A stretch of 64,000 nucleotides of DNA, from contig LVLI01000156.1 of the NCBI GenBank assembly GCA_001687465.1, forward strand, positions 62,001 to 126,000, in the 5' to 3' direction. The notes below the pieces were generated by a model. The model saw nothing but the letters and a program-made list of their open reading frames with translations. It had not been told where the DNA came from and did no database searches. Shown piece by piece: positions 24,445-36,816 of this stretch (positions within the stretch are counted from its first letter, which is position 1; each line of letters opens with the position of its first letter). The translations under genes were made by a program, and so were the position numbers. Origin of the DNA: Halocafeteria seosinensis. Its lineage: Eukaryota.

Positions 24445-25294
24445 TTAATGTTTGGACGTCTTGTCTAGTAGAAATACCGGTTTGAGAATGTTTTGTTTGT
24501 TCGTCTCCACTACGCATCCGTTGGCAACCATTTCGTCTGCAACTCAAGATAAAGTAGTAAAAGTTAACGTCGAAGAGGAACAAGGTCACGATCCTTGCAT
24601 GCCAAGACTAAACCCAGAGTACACATCGCAAACAAACAATCCTGTATACTTACTTAGTATAAAGTGCGCTTTCTCAATATTAAACATGATATCCAGTTCA
24701 CACTGCGCAACAACACAACATATACTTCGTCATTTCCTTCGGTCTTTCTGCACAAGGAGGCCTTTGGCACAACATACCACATTCTCAAAATATTTGTCCA
24801 GTGTCTCTACAAGGCAGTGAATAAACTCGAGAATCCCTAGTTCATTCTGTAAAAGCGGGGACGTCATGACGATTGCACAAACGACGTCGGTGCAAGGAAA
24901 TGTAGAAGAGCCCTTACTTCTGTATCTGGTTCGGTGCCGACAATAAAGAAGAGCGATGCGTATCGTCGATAAATGACTTTCATCCCTCGATACTCCATAA
25001 AGGAGCACTGTGAAACACACATACACACCATGTATGAATATACAAGTACCCTAGAATGCTAGTGTGCATGTTAAATCTTACCTGTAGTTCTGTTCGTGAG
25101 AGACATCGTCTGATAATTTCAGCCTCCAATGCCGTCCTCTCCTCCATGGGGAGGTACTCAAAATATTCAGCCAGCCTGGTTTGGCCTTGCTTATTCACCA
25201 TCAATATAAACTTGATATTTGGACCACGTTGGGTATTTCGACCCACGCCCCGCTCCGAGGGACTAAATGCATTACTTTGAGTTCCTACGTCCAT
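24445..25294 (-). CDS. AP4S1: AP-4 complex sigma subunit
   Basis: [56 protein letters not shown] and EMVANG across 5 exons. Confidence 0.9.
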
Positions 25295-25657
25295 TTTATT
25301 TTCCACTATCTCTTCATCTGTATCAGTTCTACTATGTCAGTCTGAATGGGCTTCTCACAATCCTTCCGAACAGCTCCTAGAACGCTCTGGAAGCACAGAC
25401 CTCTGCGGGCAAGTGAAAGGTTCGGAGGCAACAATCAAAAATGAGACTTTTGAAGGCGTGAACAAGGGCAGTCAATAAGGGGGCGCTAAGGGGGACAAAA
25501 AATGCCCGGGTGGCCATTGGCCAACCTCAACTTTGCTCCATTGCAGACGTCGTGGACACGTATCAGACACAACGAGTTGTTGATAGTCTCTTGTTGGGAT
25601 CAAGCGTTGATCTGGTTGTGTGTATTTGTGTTATAGAGGCGTAAAAGGTCTTTGAAA

Positions 25658-26725
25658 ATGGCGTCTCGATCCGAGGCCACTTCCGCCCAGGAGAATGCCT
25701 TTCATACGGCTTTACACAAGCTTTGCAAGGGCTGGACCTGTCTATCCAACCAGTACGCCAGGGCATACGAAAGGTACCCTGCCACGACCATCGTATCGAC
25801 CACGGCAGCGGCTCTGGTAGGAGGTACATGCGCTGTAAACTCGATTCTCCGCAGCTATAAACGAAGTCAAGGACCGAATCGCTATCAAAAGCCCTTTACA
25901 CTGCCTAATTCCGAGACGTTTACACCCACGGGGTACGGAGACCACTCTCCGGTATCAGTGCAACGCGTCCCGGAAACGAGGAAGGACATAAAGGAGGCGG
26001 CCAAAGTGTTTGCGGGGTGGCTAACGCGCTCGAATGACCCCATTACCCGAGCTTGTGCTGCCAAGGTATGTTGCATGAATATGAAAAACTATGATATTAG
26101 AGCATTTTTATACGAGAAAGAAAATATGCCTCTTTGGATGGATGGGTTAGTTGGTTTTTATTGCTTCACTATTGCTTCCGCTCTTGGCATGCAGGACTTG
26201 AACCCGCAACAATTCGAAGGGGCTGTGCAGTGGCTGTTTTCTGTATTGCTCAAGGAGACTGTGCCAGTCGAGACCGGGTGTATTACTTTAGAGGACAGCA
26301 AGAGAAAAGCCGTGGCTGTCTGGATCCCCCCGGGATACGAGTTGGATGAATGGGAGTTCTTAAAGTCGGGAGGATATGCATTCCTGTGGCGCTTCTCTGG
26401 ATGGGAGAGACGCATGCGCTATCTAGGGTTTGGCGAAATCGTCAAGACCCGTAGGTGGAGACTCATGAAGCCTTACCAACAAAACTATTACTACTTACTA
26501 GCCCTCGGAACTAGCGAGGAGCATCTTGATAACCCTAATTCGGCGGCTGTTGTAGAGGCTGTGTTGAAGCAGGCTGATGAAGCGGGCGTCCCTTGCGCGG
26601 TGGAAACCAGTAAGCAAGAAGCTGTTTCATTTTATTCCAGATTCGGATTTGAAACTGTTGAGGAGTTCTCTTGTTTCGGAATCACCGTTTACATGTTGAT
26701 CCGAAATCCCCGGAGTAACTATTAG
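25658..26725 (+). CDS. GNAT-family N-acetyltransferase-like protein
   Basis: AVAVWIPPG, YYYLLALGT and AGVPCAVETS...VSFYSRFGF. Probable in-frame intron at 26066-26194. Confidence 0.75.
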   Translation: MASRSEATSAQENAFHTALHKLCKGWTCLSNQYARAYERYPATTIVSTTAAALVGGTCAVNSILRSYKRSQGPNRYQKPFTLPNSETFTPTGYGDHSPVSVQRVPETRKDIKEAAKVFAGWLTRSNDPITRACAAKVCCMNMKNYDIRAFLYEKENMPLWMDGLVGFYCFTIASALGMQDLNPQQFEGAVQWLFSVLLKETVPVETGCITLEDSKRKAVAVWIPPGYELDEWEFLKSGGYAFLWRFSGWERRMRYLGFGEIVKTRRWRLMKPYQQNYYYLLALGTSEEHLDNPNSAAVVEAVLKQADEAGVPCAVETSKQEAVSFYSRFGFETVEEFSCFGITVYMLIRNPRSNY

Positions 26726-26890
26726 ACGGAAGACAGATTACAAGTTCGTTTATGCCTTCCCCGTGAATACGAGGTAGCTTACGTTACGATTGATAACGGG
26801 AATAGTGAAGGAAAGCTGTATATTTCCGTAATCGATGTCACGTTGACACAGTCCTATATGTCAAATGTACGAAACTTCCTTTTCTCATTC

Positions 26891-29800
26891 CTACCATTTA
26901 TAGCCAGCATATTGGGGAGCTGTCCCTTGTGGAGGAGGTGGCCATACAGGTCTGTGGTAGGATTGGTTATACGGCCCTATCCCAGCCCCATGCTGCTGCT
27001 GATATGGCGGTTGGGGAGGAGGCTGAGAGGGTCCATAGTAAGCCGGACCTCGAATCGTTGGTCCGTAAGGGTTGCCCGGATGAGGGTAGTACGGTTGCTT
27101 CGAAGGATACTGAGGGGGTGCACTTGGCGCTCCACTGCTGTTTATCGGTGGCAATGTTGAATACATGCCTCGAACGTTTGGGGGAGGAGCCATTGTTGAG
27201 TATGCTGGTGGAGCGTTGGGACTAGCGAACATCATTGCCTGTTGCTTATGTTCAAACTGCCTTTGGAGTTCCCTACCGAGTGCTAAACCATAACTATCCG
27301 TGGGGGCAGAAGGAGGTTGCTTAGGTGTGTGCTCAGCCACCGTGGGATCCATCGTGGCATTGTTGTCCACAGCTGTGTTACCGTCATGTTTTGCATTCCT
27401 TTGGTTCTCATTCGAAACGCCTTCCGCAGGAGCGGAAAGCTTGCTAGCATCGCCATCAGATGAGGTTGAGGAGCTCCGGCGTTCTCTACGGTTGCGCCGC
27501 CTTCGAGTTCTCTCCGATTTCTTCTTTTTCTGCGCCTTTCTACTGACATTTGCCTTTTGCCTAGGTTTAGACGCGCTTTCCGAGTCTGAAGAAGAAGACG
27601 CAGACGACGTTTGTTCGTTATCGCTCTCAGCGGAATTTGCAAGCTCTTGAGCTTTATACAGGTGCTCTGCAATTTTATCTACTGTGGGAGCAGCTTTGCG
27701 TTTCTCGGACTTGTGCGATGATTTAGTCGACGAAATCGCGGAGGACAGCTCTTCCACAGAGTCCCTGGGAGATTCGTCCGCAAAGAACTTCGAGAGAAGT
27801 TCTATTAGCTTTTCCAGTTGAGCATCGCGGTTGGAGGGTCTTGCTGGTTCTTCACTGCCCCGGGAATCGTACAAGGCGTTCTCCTCACCGGAGTCCTCGC
27901 GAGAAGGAACATCCGCCTCACACTGTTTACTTGATACTTCTGGAGTTCGGGGACTTTCGGGGAGGACGTACTGGTCCGCCAGCTCTCTGTCGTGACGTAG
28001 CTCCTGCTGTCGTTCCTCTTCCTTTTGAGCGACATCCGCACGGAGTGTCCGAATCTCTTCCCGCAGCTTCTGAAGATGTCCTTGAGATACTGCCAACCTC
28101 CAACGGTAAAACATACGGGTTGCGTTTCGAGAGATCGATTTCCTGCATACAGAGTCCAACAGAAGAAATCCTGCTTTTTGGGATGTAGCAATTCCTACAG
28201 ATCGTAAAGAGCTAATTTTTTGCATTAACTCCGTAACATCCTGTCCATGAGACCGTTCTCGTTCCAAAGAATTTTTTAGCTCCGCGGTTTTTGAATCTAA
28301 CTTCTCCTGAAGAGCGTCTCTGTCTTCTTCTAGCTTGGAGATCCTACTCTCTGAGCTTGCGAGGGCCACCTTCATCCTCTCATTTTCGTCTTTCAAACGA
28401 CCATTCACCTCTGGCTGCTGATATGGCCCAACGTCCGTGGTAGAGCCAGACTCGGGAACATGGGTTGCGGCTGTCGTGGCAACATGATTGCTGGGAAGAG
28501 TTCTCTGCGTTACTTGAGTAATTACCTCACTCACATTTGTATGACGGGCCCGAGACGTCTGTCCAGTGCTATATATGTTAATCGGGGAAGCTTCGCTAAC
28601 CTGTTGCACGGGCGTACCAGAAGCTGCTGTTTGTTGAATGTCACGATGCATCCGCTGGGGAAGCGCAGAGGTTTCAGTTGGAGGGGTCTGCTGGCTATGA
28701 CGACTCACGTGATCCATCATTGTAGAAACACTTGTTTGCGTAGGCGCAGTAGGCTGTGAAGTCTCAGATAGCCTTCTTCGGGCATCCTCTCCAAGAATGA
28801 GGTTCCCATTAAATGACTGGATTACTATGCCGTCTCCACCGGTAGTGCCAACTCTTCCTTTTCTCCCCGACCAAGAATGGGACCGTCTTACAGGAGAGGC
28901 ACTTCTGGCCGCCTCCGATTCACCACTTGATTCTCGACTGGGCGAAGAGTTGGATCGATCCCGTTGCTCTAACTTTGGCTCACTTGCTTTGGATGCAGTG
29001 GGAACACCACGACTTGAGTTCCGTTTTCCATTTTTATCAGCAATCCCCTGTTTCCACGTTTCACTCTCTCGACTCTCGCGGAGCCTGTTCTCCTTCGTAC
29101 TATCTCTATGAGGGTTTCCACCGACGGCATGACCATGAAGAGAGGATGCTGCTGCGCGACCTACTTCCTCCTCAGGCGTTGCTTGGTTGCTCTCCTCTCG
29201 ACCGCCACGCTGTTCGCGTCCTACATCATCCCATTGAATATGTGGATAGCTTGTTGCAACTTCTTCTGAAACGGGAACTGCCTGACTTTGGACTCGATCT
29301 CTCTCAGCTTCAGTTGCTGCCTCATCACAGCCTTGATTCCTATCAGTTTCAATGTTGGGCCGCTGCTCAAACGATACCGATTGTCTTTGGTTATCGACAA
29401 AATGTGCTTGTCCCTGCGAACCTGTATCATTGACTTGGGAGTGAGAGATAGCCTTCTGCATCTGCTCATAGGTATCCGATTTCCTTGGACCATCCAGGGA
29501 ATGCACTTGCCTTTGAGACCCTTTATCATTAAATTCTGACTGCAAAGAGTCCTTGGTCATATTTAAATTTGCAGCGTCTACAGGCCGTGTTTGCACCGGA
29601 GTATGGATGGGTTGCGCAGTGTCGTGCGGCTCAACGTTATGCTGCTGGTCCCCACTCGCATATGGATTAGGACCAGCGGGATAAACTACAGAAATGGGGG
29701 GAATATTGTTGTTTCCACCGCGTTCGACACTCTCGTACAACTCTTTCATTGTGTTCGATGCAGCTTCCATCGCTGATCTACTTGCTGCACTTGCAGCTCT

Positions 29801-31335
29801 TAACCTTGCTTTCCTTTGAGAAGCACGATCGCGCCGTACCATTGCTCGCAGTTGCTCTTGCGCTCGTTTCCTTTCTTCCCTTCGTTTGCTTAGGTCTGCA
29901 CATCCAGGAGGACTAGAGTTGGCTCTGGTGTGTGCCCCTCTTTGCGACGATCTATCAGGAAACGTCTCCTGACTCTTGGAACGTCCTCGTTCTGCTGAAG
30001 TATCAGCCATGTGATTTCGAGTGCTATTAGCTCGCGCATTAGCGCTGTGCCTAACAGCACCATATGTAGTGCTCTGGGCTGCCGAGGTTGTACCTGTGGT
30101 AGCTCTCTGTGGGCTCCGCGTGTCCTTGTACGCCTTGTGGTGAGACTCGCGTAGGGATTGTGCCAAAGTTTCACGGGCGGATTTGTCTGCACTTCTTTGT
30201 AAATCCGGGGAACGATGGGATGGTGGGTGACTTGTTGCTTGCTCCGGATAGGATTCACCGGATGTGCGGACGTTAGTCGCCGTTAATGGGGAACTAGTTC
30301 CTGTGGCGTGCCACTCTGTGGCACTCCTCGCTGAAGAACTAAACCTGTCATCATTCTGCCCATAACCTCCACCATATAATATATCATTCATTGCCGAACC
30401 ATTTTGCCCCGGATGAGCCGGATCTCGCTTTAGTTTGGGTGGCTCTCCAGACGTTGAATGCCGGGCTGTTCGCTCGCGGGTCGAGATACCCGCCGCCCTG
30501 TCTTCGGACTCTAGTATCGTTTCCGCAGAGTCATTATGTCCGATCGGTCCACCAGAAGCATTATTCTGACTGTACGGACCATCGGATTCACGCTTTTGTC
30601 GTTCCGCATGTGTTGGCGACTGGATCCTTTGGGAGTGTACTCCCAGGGAGCCTGCGCCACTAGCGGCATCACTCCGATAAGTAGCGTTGGTAGTGTGCAG
30701 ATCCGCATATTGTTTGGATGGCGATTTACCGTGTCCGTGCTCCGGTGTCTCACCCTGCCCAGTGATGCCTCTTGTATCTGTCACTTCGTGGAAATCAAAC
30801 CTGTACTGGACGGCGTCAAACCCGAAACGAATAATATCGCCCGAGTTGAGTTCCGCAGTAGTGTTCTTCAACAGTGTCTGGTTGACAAATGTTCCGTTAG
30901 TAGATCCCACATCTATAAGTTTAGCTCGCTTCTGCCATGGCATCATCATAAGCGTGTGAGCGATGACGTTGTTCAAATCCAGAGCCAGTGCCCTCCACTA
31001 GCTTCTTACCTTGCTTCCTGGTCGTACGATCAACCGCGCATGTTTATTTGAAATCGATTTTGACTCCGTGAGAACCTGGAGTAACATACAAAAGGGACAT
31101 TAAGGCACTTAAATATGAGCATGACTTGAACTTTTTGCCCTCGGAGCGCGTGATTTGAAAGCGTCCGTCACTCAATACGAGGACACATTACAGCGTCCTT
31201 CCCCTGCCCTGAGGAACACTGGTAGAGAATACGTACAATATCATTTTGAGCACCTCTGCCGATGGTAATCTCGCCTGGTTCCAGCTCATACAGCACTTTG
31301 GAACTGCGTAGATAGGCCGCCGGAGGCTCCACCAT
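26891..31335 (-). CDS. FHA-domain protein with long disordered region and coiled coil
   Basis: Spliced N-terminus MVEPPAAYL...ITIGRGAQNDI / SISNKHARL / LIDVGSTNGTFVN...GDIIRFG contains the FHA GR, SxxH and NGT motifs. Confidence 0.85.
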
Positions 31336-31848
31336 CTCTCTCCTTTGACACTCCTTTTCTCTCTCTCCTCAGCACCATGCACCATGCAACTATATTAATA
31401 TACAATACAAAGGCACTACCAACACCGCCACAAATAATTAACCCTATCTATCGTAGTGGAGCATACAAAGACAGATGTGTTTGAAGTTGAAGCTCTGCCC
31501 AGGCTAGCCGCTAGAGGAATCAATTGGTACAAGCTGCCGTGCGGAAGCAACAGAGTTACAGTACTGTATATGCCGGTAGTGGTTTCCTCGCCAAGTCGGA
31601 ATGATCTGGTCACTCTTGGAAACAGTATCAGTTTGTTCCAACCCGAAACCTTTACCACTTGACAATCAACAGTACTCACTGGTACTGTATACATGTATAT
31701 TTATCGCTAGGATGCGGTCAACACCTCGGCGGATGGGGTATCTGTCACATATGGTATGTGTGTGTAACTGTATATGACTGCTTGTACCGCGTACATATGT
31801 ATGTACACTTTGAATCTCGGAAACGCAAAGAGCAACAAATACTGAACG

Positions 31849-34140
31849 AAATAAACTTGCTGCTGTGTAACGGTAGTGGTGACTCACTGGTGAGGAACAC
31901 CAACCCATCTCCAAGAAGGATCTCTTACAAGGTCTGGGTATTTCTTATCCACTGAAGCTCGTGCATCCAAATACGTTCGGCGTATCTTCGCGCTACAACA
32001 AAGGCAACGATCCCATTTCCTCCTGGTTGCACCGAAGGGAAGGTGTATACAGCATGGGATGGGGAAGTACGTGTGTATATTAGTATTCAATGTCTTACCG
32101 AGGTCATAAATGGCCAAATGGCTGAAAACTTCAGGGTTCTGGCGGTGAGCAGTCTGGAAAGCAATATCGTGAGCATTTAGAAGTATTATTAGGACATTCA
32201 ATATCGTGAATGTGTGTCACCCCACATATTTTGTATTTGACCCCACGTAAAATAGCTCCAAACACATCGTTTTTTCGCGGAAACCACATAAATAACAGGC
32301 CTGCAAACCGTGTACGGATAGACGAAACTCTTTAGTGATGGGAAGGATAGGTGCGCAGCTAGTAACTTGATGGGAGGGTATTAGTGAAGGAAGAACAGGC
32401 TTTTGTGTGAATAGGTCATTTACTGTAGTTGACCTCTGCCGTGACTGTTTGTTGTTTCGGAAGTTTGGTGCTCGGCAAGTCAGGACTGGATGACTTCCGG
32501 TACCCTAATGCATAAAAAGAAACCTCCAACCGGTCCTATCATTGGACTCCTAGAGCGATGCCGGAATATCCACTTCCTCCTGATGATCATCATCCGTCCG
32601 GCTCTTAGACTGTTTCAATTCCTGCTTACACACCCGCTCAAAGTCATGACAAGTGCGGTTTCGAAATTTGTTCATCATGTAGTCTTGAACGTATTTGCTT
32701 TCAAAGCTCAAGCATTGAAAACGATCACCAGTGAGCACATTTCCTGCGTCGCAAAACTCTTGCAGGATATTATCGCCGAAACCATACTTTGACAGAAGAG
32801 GTGACAGGCTTTCGCTTCCTAAACATTCCAAGGAACTTCCCATTGACAGAGAATGGTTCACCAGCGCATGCAAAACACTATCGAAGCAATTCGCTCCTTC
32901 CTTTCCACGATTTGCTTCGACAGACCCTCTCGCTTCGGCATATGCCTCACGGGCCAATACCAACAGGTCGTCCCGAATCATGTATAATTGTTGCTTGGAA
33001 ACAGAAGAAACAGGCGCGTATTTATTGAGGTCACCAGGCTTACTCCCAATGACGTGCCAAATCCAACACCACGACTCTGGATCCTCTATCCCTTTAGCCT
33101 TCACAAGATATTCGTTGGTTTCGTCTCGCTTAAGGTGTCCAAATATCACTTTCTTGGAGTAAATATGGTCTGACACCTTATTGATCTTGTGCATTCCCTC
33201 TCCGGGGGAAGTGATAAGAAACAAATGAAATTGAGATTTCCTGTTTCCCCGGTCTGCTGTGCGCCCAAGCAGGACCCACATTTGCACCTCATCCTGAGGC
33301 GCAAAGTTAATATCATCGACGACTATCAAAGGGTTGGATCCCATTGTTTCATATGACATTTCTAGTGCCGTTTCGAGGTCGGCTATCATCTTCCCCTCCA
33401 GTTTTGCCTCTCCGACTTCGAGGTCGAAACACTTTCGGAAACGCGTCCACGTTGCTGGGTCCCTGTAGCTCAGATACAAAGCAGGCTTCCCTGCGGATGA
33501 TAGCTCTTCTAACAGTCTCGTTGCTGTTGTCGTCTTGCCCGTACCCTTGGGGCCGTATCAAACCTGGAAAGGTGCGGACGAGAGAGTTGTCGACCTATTG
33601 ACCAAATAGTGTCCCTGTTCGTCCAGTACATTAGTCTTGGGTTCCTTCATCATTCGAACAAGCTTTTCAGCGGGAGAAAGGCGATAATACGGAACGTATG
33701 GCAAGACGTCTTTCACCCAGTGCGCACCAGCATGCATTGAGAGTCTCTCCTCCCAGTTCCACGGGAGAGCGTCCCATGCAGTCCCGATTGTGAGACAGAG
33801 CCCAAGCAAACAGTAAACAGCAAACACAAAGATTAAATACTTCTCGGTCTCCATACTGAGTCCACAATACCACTCGAAAAGCTTCACAGGAAAGGAAGCA
33901 CACCACTTAAGCATGCTGCATGTCCTGTTGGGCTGCAGCCTCCTCGGTCGGTTCTTGGCATATTGTGAGCCGGCTGTTGTGGTGGAGCGTGCGAGGAATT
34001 GCTCCTTTTTCGTCCTTTTCTGTTACGTTTTCCCGGCATCTCAGTTTGTTGCGAATAAACCAAAACAATGCACAGAAACTTCATAAACCAAGTACAAGGA
34101 ATCGAACTTCTAGCTCAAGATGTGGGGCAACTTCAAGCTG
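31849..34140. repeat. Copy A of a dispersed composite repeat (contains the ATPase pseudogene)
   Basis: Blocks at 31849-31933, 33900-33915, 33961-33977 and 34078-34136 recur in the same order and orientation at 41700-42206. Confidence 0.8.
32550..33914 (-). pseudogene. Membrane-anchored P-loop ATPase (AAA/STAND-like, ATPase_2-type) with in-frame TGA
   Basis: ORFs 33914-33558 and 33479-32550 lie in one frame, joined as ...PFQV*YGPKGTGKTTTA... Walker A is GPKGTGKT and Walker B is PLIVVDD. An N-terminal TM segment reads YLIFVFAVYCLLGLCLTIG. Confidence 0.75.
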
Positions 34141-34274
34141 AAGTGTATGCCTCATAGTATCGAGCTCATACAAGCCCAATAACCAATGTGGTTGATACCA
34201 TTCAATCAGAATTTTTTTCTGCACGAATGCTCGGTGAAAAATTGGAGAGTGCGTCGGTAGTAGTAGTAAAAGAA

Positions 34275-35367
34275 ATGGCGAGTAATCGACCTGTGGTGGC
34301 TCTAGTGACAGGAGCCAACAAAGGCATTGGCTACGAAATCTGTAAGGGCTTGGCCCAGAGAGAAGGCATTGGTACGTGCATGGCCGTGGAAGTGAGCGAG
34401 TGAATGAGTGAGGGACTATGCGATGAGTACCACCGCAGAATGCATCCTGGCGGCACGCGATGAATCCCGTGGACGAGCTGCACAAGAACAATTACAGAAG
34501 GATGGTATACAGACGAAATTCCATCAATTAGATATTACTTCGGACCAAAGCGTCTCAAAGATAACCGAATGGATCCGAAGCGAGTATGACGGAAAACTGG
34601 ATATTCTAGTCAACAACGCCGGATTTGCGTATCACGGTAGCACATTTGGAGTGGAAGAAGCTCAAAACACTCTGGATGTCAATTACTTTGGTTCGTACTT
34701 GATTTGTATTTAAGACTTTGAGTCAGGTTCTTTGTGGACACTGTATTATCTATCAACTGCAGGTACGAAGCGAATAACAGACAGTCTCCTTCCATTCATT
34801 CGAGCGGCCAAAGGCAGGATCGTAAAGTATGGGTTTTCTGGTGTTCCCGGATAAATTCTCATCCTATATTACTTATTTGTCGATTCCCTATCTTACAGCG
34901 TATGCTCACAATCGGGAAAACTATCCCAAGTCGCGAGAGAACTCCAAGAACAGTTCATTGCCTCAGACCTGGATAGAGCCGGGTTAGACCGCCTCATGAA
35001 CAAGTTTATTGAAGATATACAGAAAGGGATACACAAACAAGAAGGTTGGAGTGATAGCATGTATGGTATTTCGAAACTGGGAGAAATTGCATATACGATG
35101 ATTTTGGCCCGCGAAGAGAAGGGCAACCACGTTCTAGTCAATGCATGTTGTCCGGGCTATTGCTCTACCGATATGTCAAGCCACAAAGGTCCTCGGTCCC
35201 CAGTTGTGGGTGCGGAGACGCCTATTATGCTTGCACTATTCAAAGAAAATGAGGTACGTAACGTGACGCCTTCCTATGCACAAGTATTACCAAAACACAC
35301 CGCGTGTTGTTTCGAGCAGCTGACAACTGGGGGATTTTACTATGACCGAAGACCAATTGGATGGTGA
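34275..35367 (+). CDS. Carbonyl reductase (CBR1-like short-chain dehydrogenase)
   Basis: VALVTGANKGIG, LDILVNNAG, YGISK catalytic YxxxK and VNACCPG..STDM. Several introns. Confidence 0.92.
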
Positions 35368-35630
35368 ATCCTCAACTTGCGTGCAAACATTAACCTTATT
35401 CCGTCCATGGGCTTACGGAGATACAGCATTGAGATGGAATGTTGGATATCTCCTCCATATCCGTGGAGCTGCTGGAGCATTACCTGTATTTGTAGTTCAT
35501 CTTTTTGTGAAGCTGTAAAGGTGGTCTCTCAGGACTTGGTATAATATAAGAATGCACACATTGATTGGAATTGTCGTTTTTTTTATCGTTTTAGATTTAG
35601 ATGTCCCGAAGTGCTACCGCATAGAGCCAA

Positions 35631-36752
35631 ATGGATCCGTCATCCCACACTGAGACTCGGGAACTGGATATTGATGTCGTGAAGTTGCATCGATACTTGT
35701 CGCGCCGGTTGCCAGCCGAGTTTATTGGCCCTATCAAGGTCAAGAAGCTCGCCACCGGGCAGTCGAATCCGACGTACAAGGTGGAAACTGCATCATCTTC
35801 TCTGGGGTCTTTGGCTATCCGGCGTAAGCCATTTGGGCAACTCCCCGCATCAGCTCATGCCATTGATCGCGAGTTCCGAGTCATGAAATCTTTACGGGAA
35901 GCAGCCAATTGCGGCCACACGTACCACAACCACCAATTAGCACAGCAAGTTCCTGTTCCACGCATGCTACTGTATTGTGACGGCACGGACGTTATTGGAT
36001 CCTCGTTCTTTGTCATGGAATTCCTACAAGGTAGGACGTTCTCGCATCCGTCGTTACCAGGTTTATCGGCTAAAGACAGGGAAGGGTGCTACGATTCGAT
36101 TCTTCGAGCATTGGCCGCTCTCCATATGTTAGATTTTGAAAATGGGCTTCATCTCAAAGATTGGAAACGCCAGGGAAATTATTATCGCCGTCAAGCTAGG
36201 AAACTCGCCGAAGTGTCAGAGTACCAGGCTAGGTTTACAACGTCCATCCCGGATTTAGAATGGCAGACTGAGTGGTTGGCAAATAATGCTCCCGAGGAGC
36301 AGGAAAAACTGATTCATGGAGATTTTAAAGTTGATAATTTTATTTTTCATCCGTCGGAACCGAGATTGATTGGAATCGTCGATTGGGAAATGTCAACCAT
36401 CGGCCATCCGCTGTCAGACCTGGCCACGTTTGTATGCATGAATCAACTCTCTGTTACAACTCAAGGTGACGATAGCGGATCAACAGGGGATATAATTAGT
36501 GAAGAAGAGTGCCTCAAAAAATATAGAAGCTATGTAGGAAAGAGCTATGGTGAAGCGTCATGGAACTACTGTAAAGCATTCTTCTATTTCAAGTACAGTA
36601 TCATCGCACAAGGAGTTGCCGCTCGTGCAGCGCAAGGAACAGCATCTTCTGCAGAAGCTGATACAGTTGCCAAATACGTGCCACTACTGGCATGGTTGGC
36701 GACGTCGGCAATGAAAACAGACACCAACACCGGTAGAGCTCCAAAGCTATAG
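35631..36752 (+). CDS. Stand-alone ACAD10/ACAD11-type APH phosphotransferase domain protein
   Basis: GQSNPTY, RRKP...SAHAIDREF, LIHGDFKVDN and IVDWEMSTIGHPLSDL. Ends in PKL. Confidence 0.9.
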   Translation: MDPSSHTETRELDIDVVKLHRYLSRRLPAEFIGPIKVKKLATGQSNPTYKVETASSSLGSLAIRRKPFGQLPASAHAIDREFRVMKSLREAANCGHTYHNHQLAQQVPVPRMLLYCDGTDVIGSSFFVMEFLQGRTFSHPSLPGLSAKDREGCYDSILRALAALHMLDFENGLHLKDWKRQGNYYRRQARKLAEVSEYQARFTTSIPDLEWQTEWLANNAPEEQEKLIHGDFKVDNFIFHPSEPRLIGIVDWEMSTIGHPLSDLATFVCMNQLSVTTQGDDSGSTGDIISEEECLKKYRSYVGKSYGEASWNYCKAFFYFKYSIIAQGVAARAAQGTASSAEADTVAKYVPLLAWLATSAMKTDTNTGRAPKL

Positions 36753-36816
36753 CAGGGTACGCTTCCAACTCGGAGATGGTGACGACCCACAACAACACCT
36801 GCTCCAATAGGAAACA

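Noticed and set aside
33558..33560. TGA recoded genome-wide as Trp, or as selenocysteine
   Set aside because: TGA terminates ordinary genes in this window (e.g. 3309, 4613, 35367, 61795). The position is a hydrophobic strand before Walker A rather than a redox site, and no SECIS was recognised.
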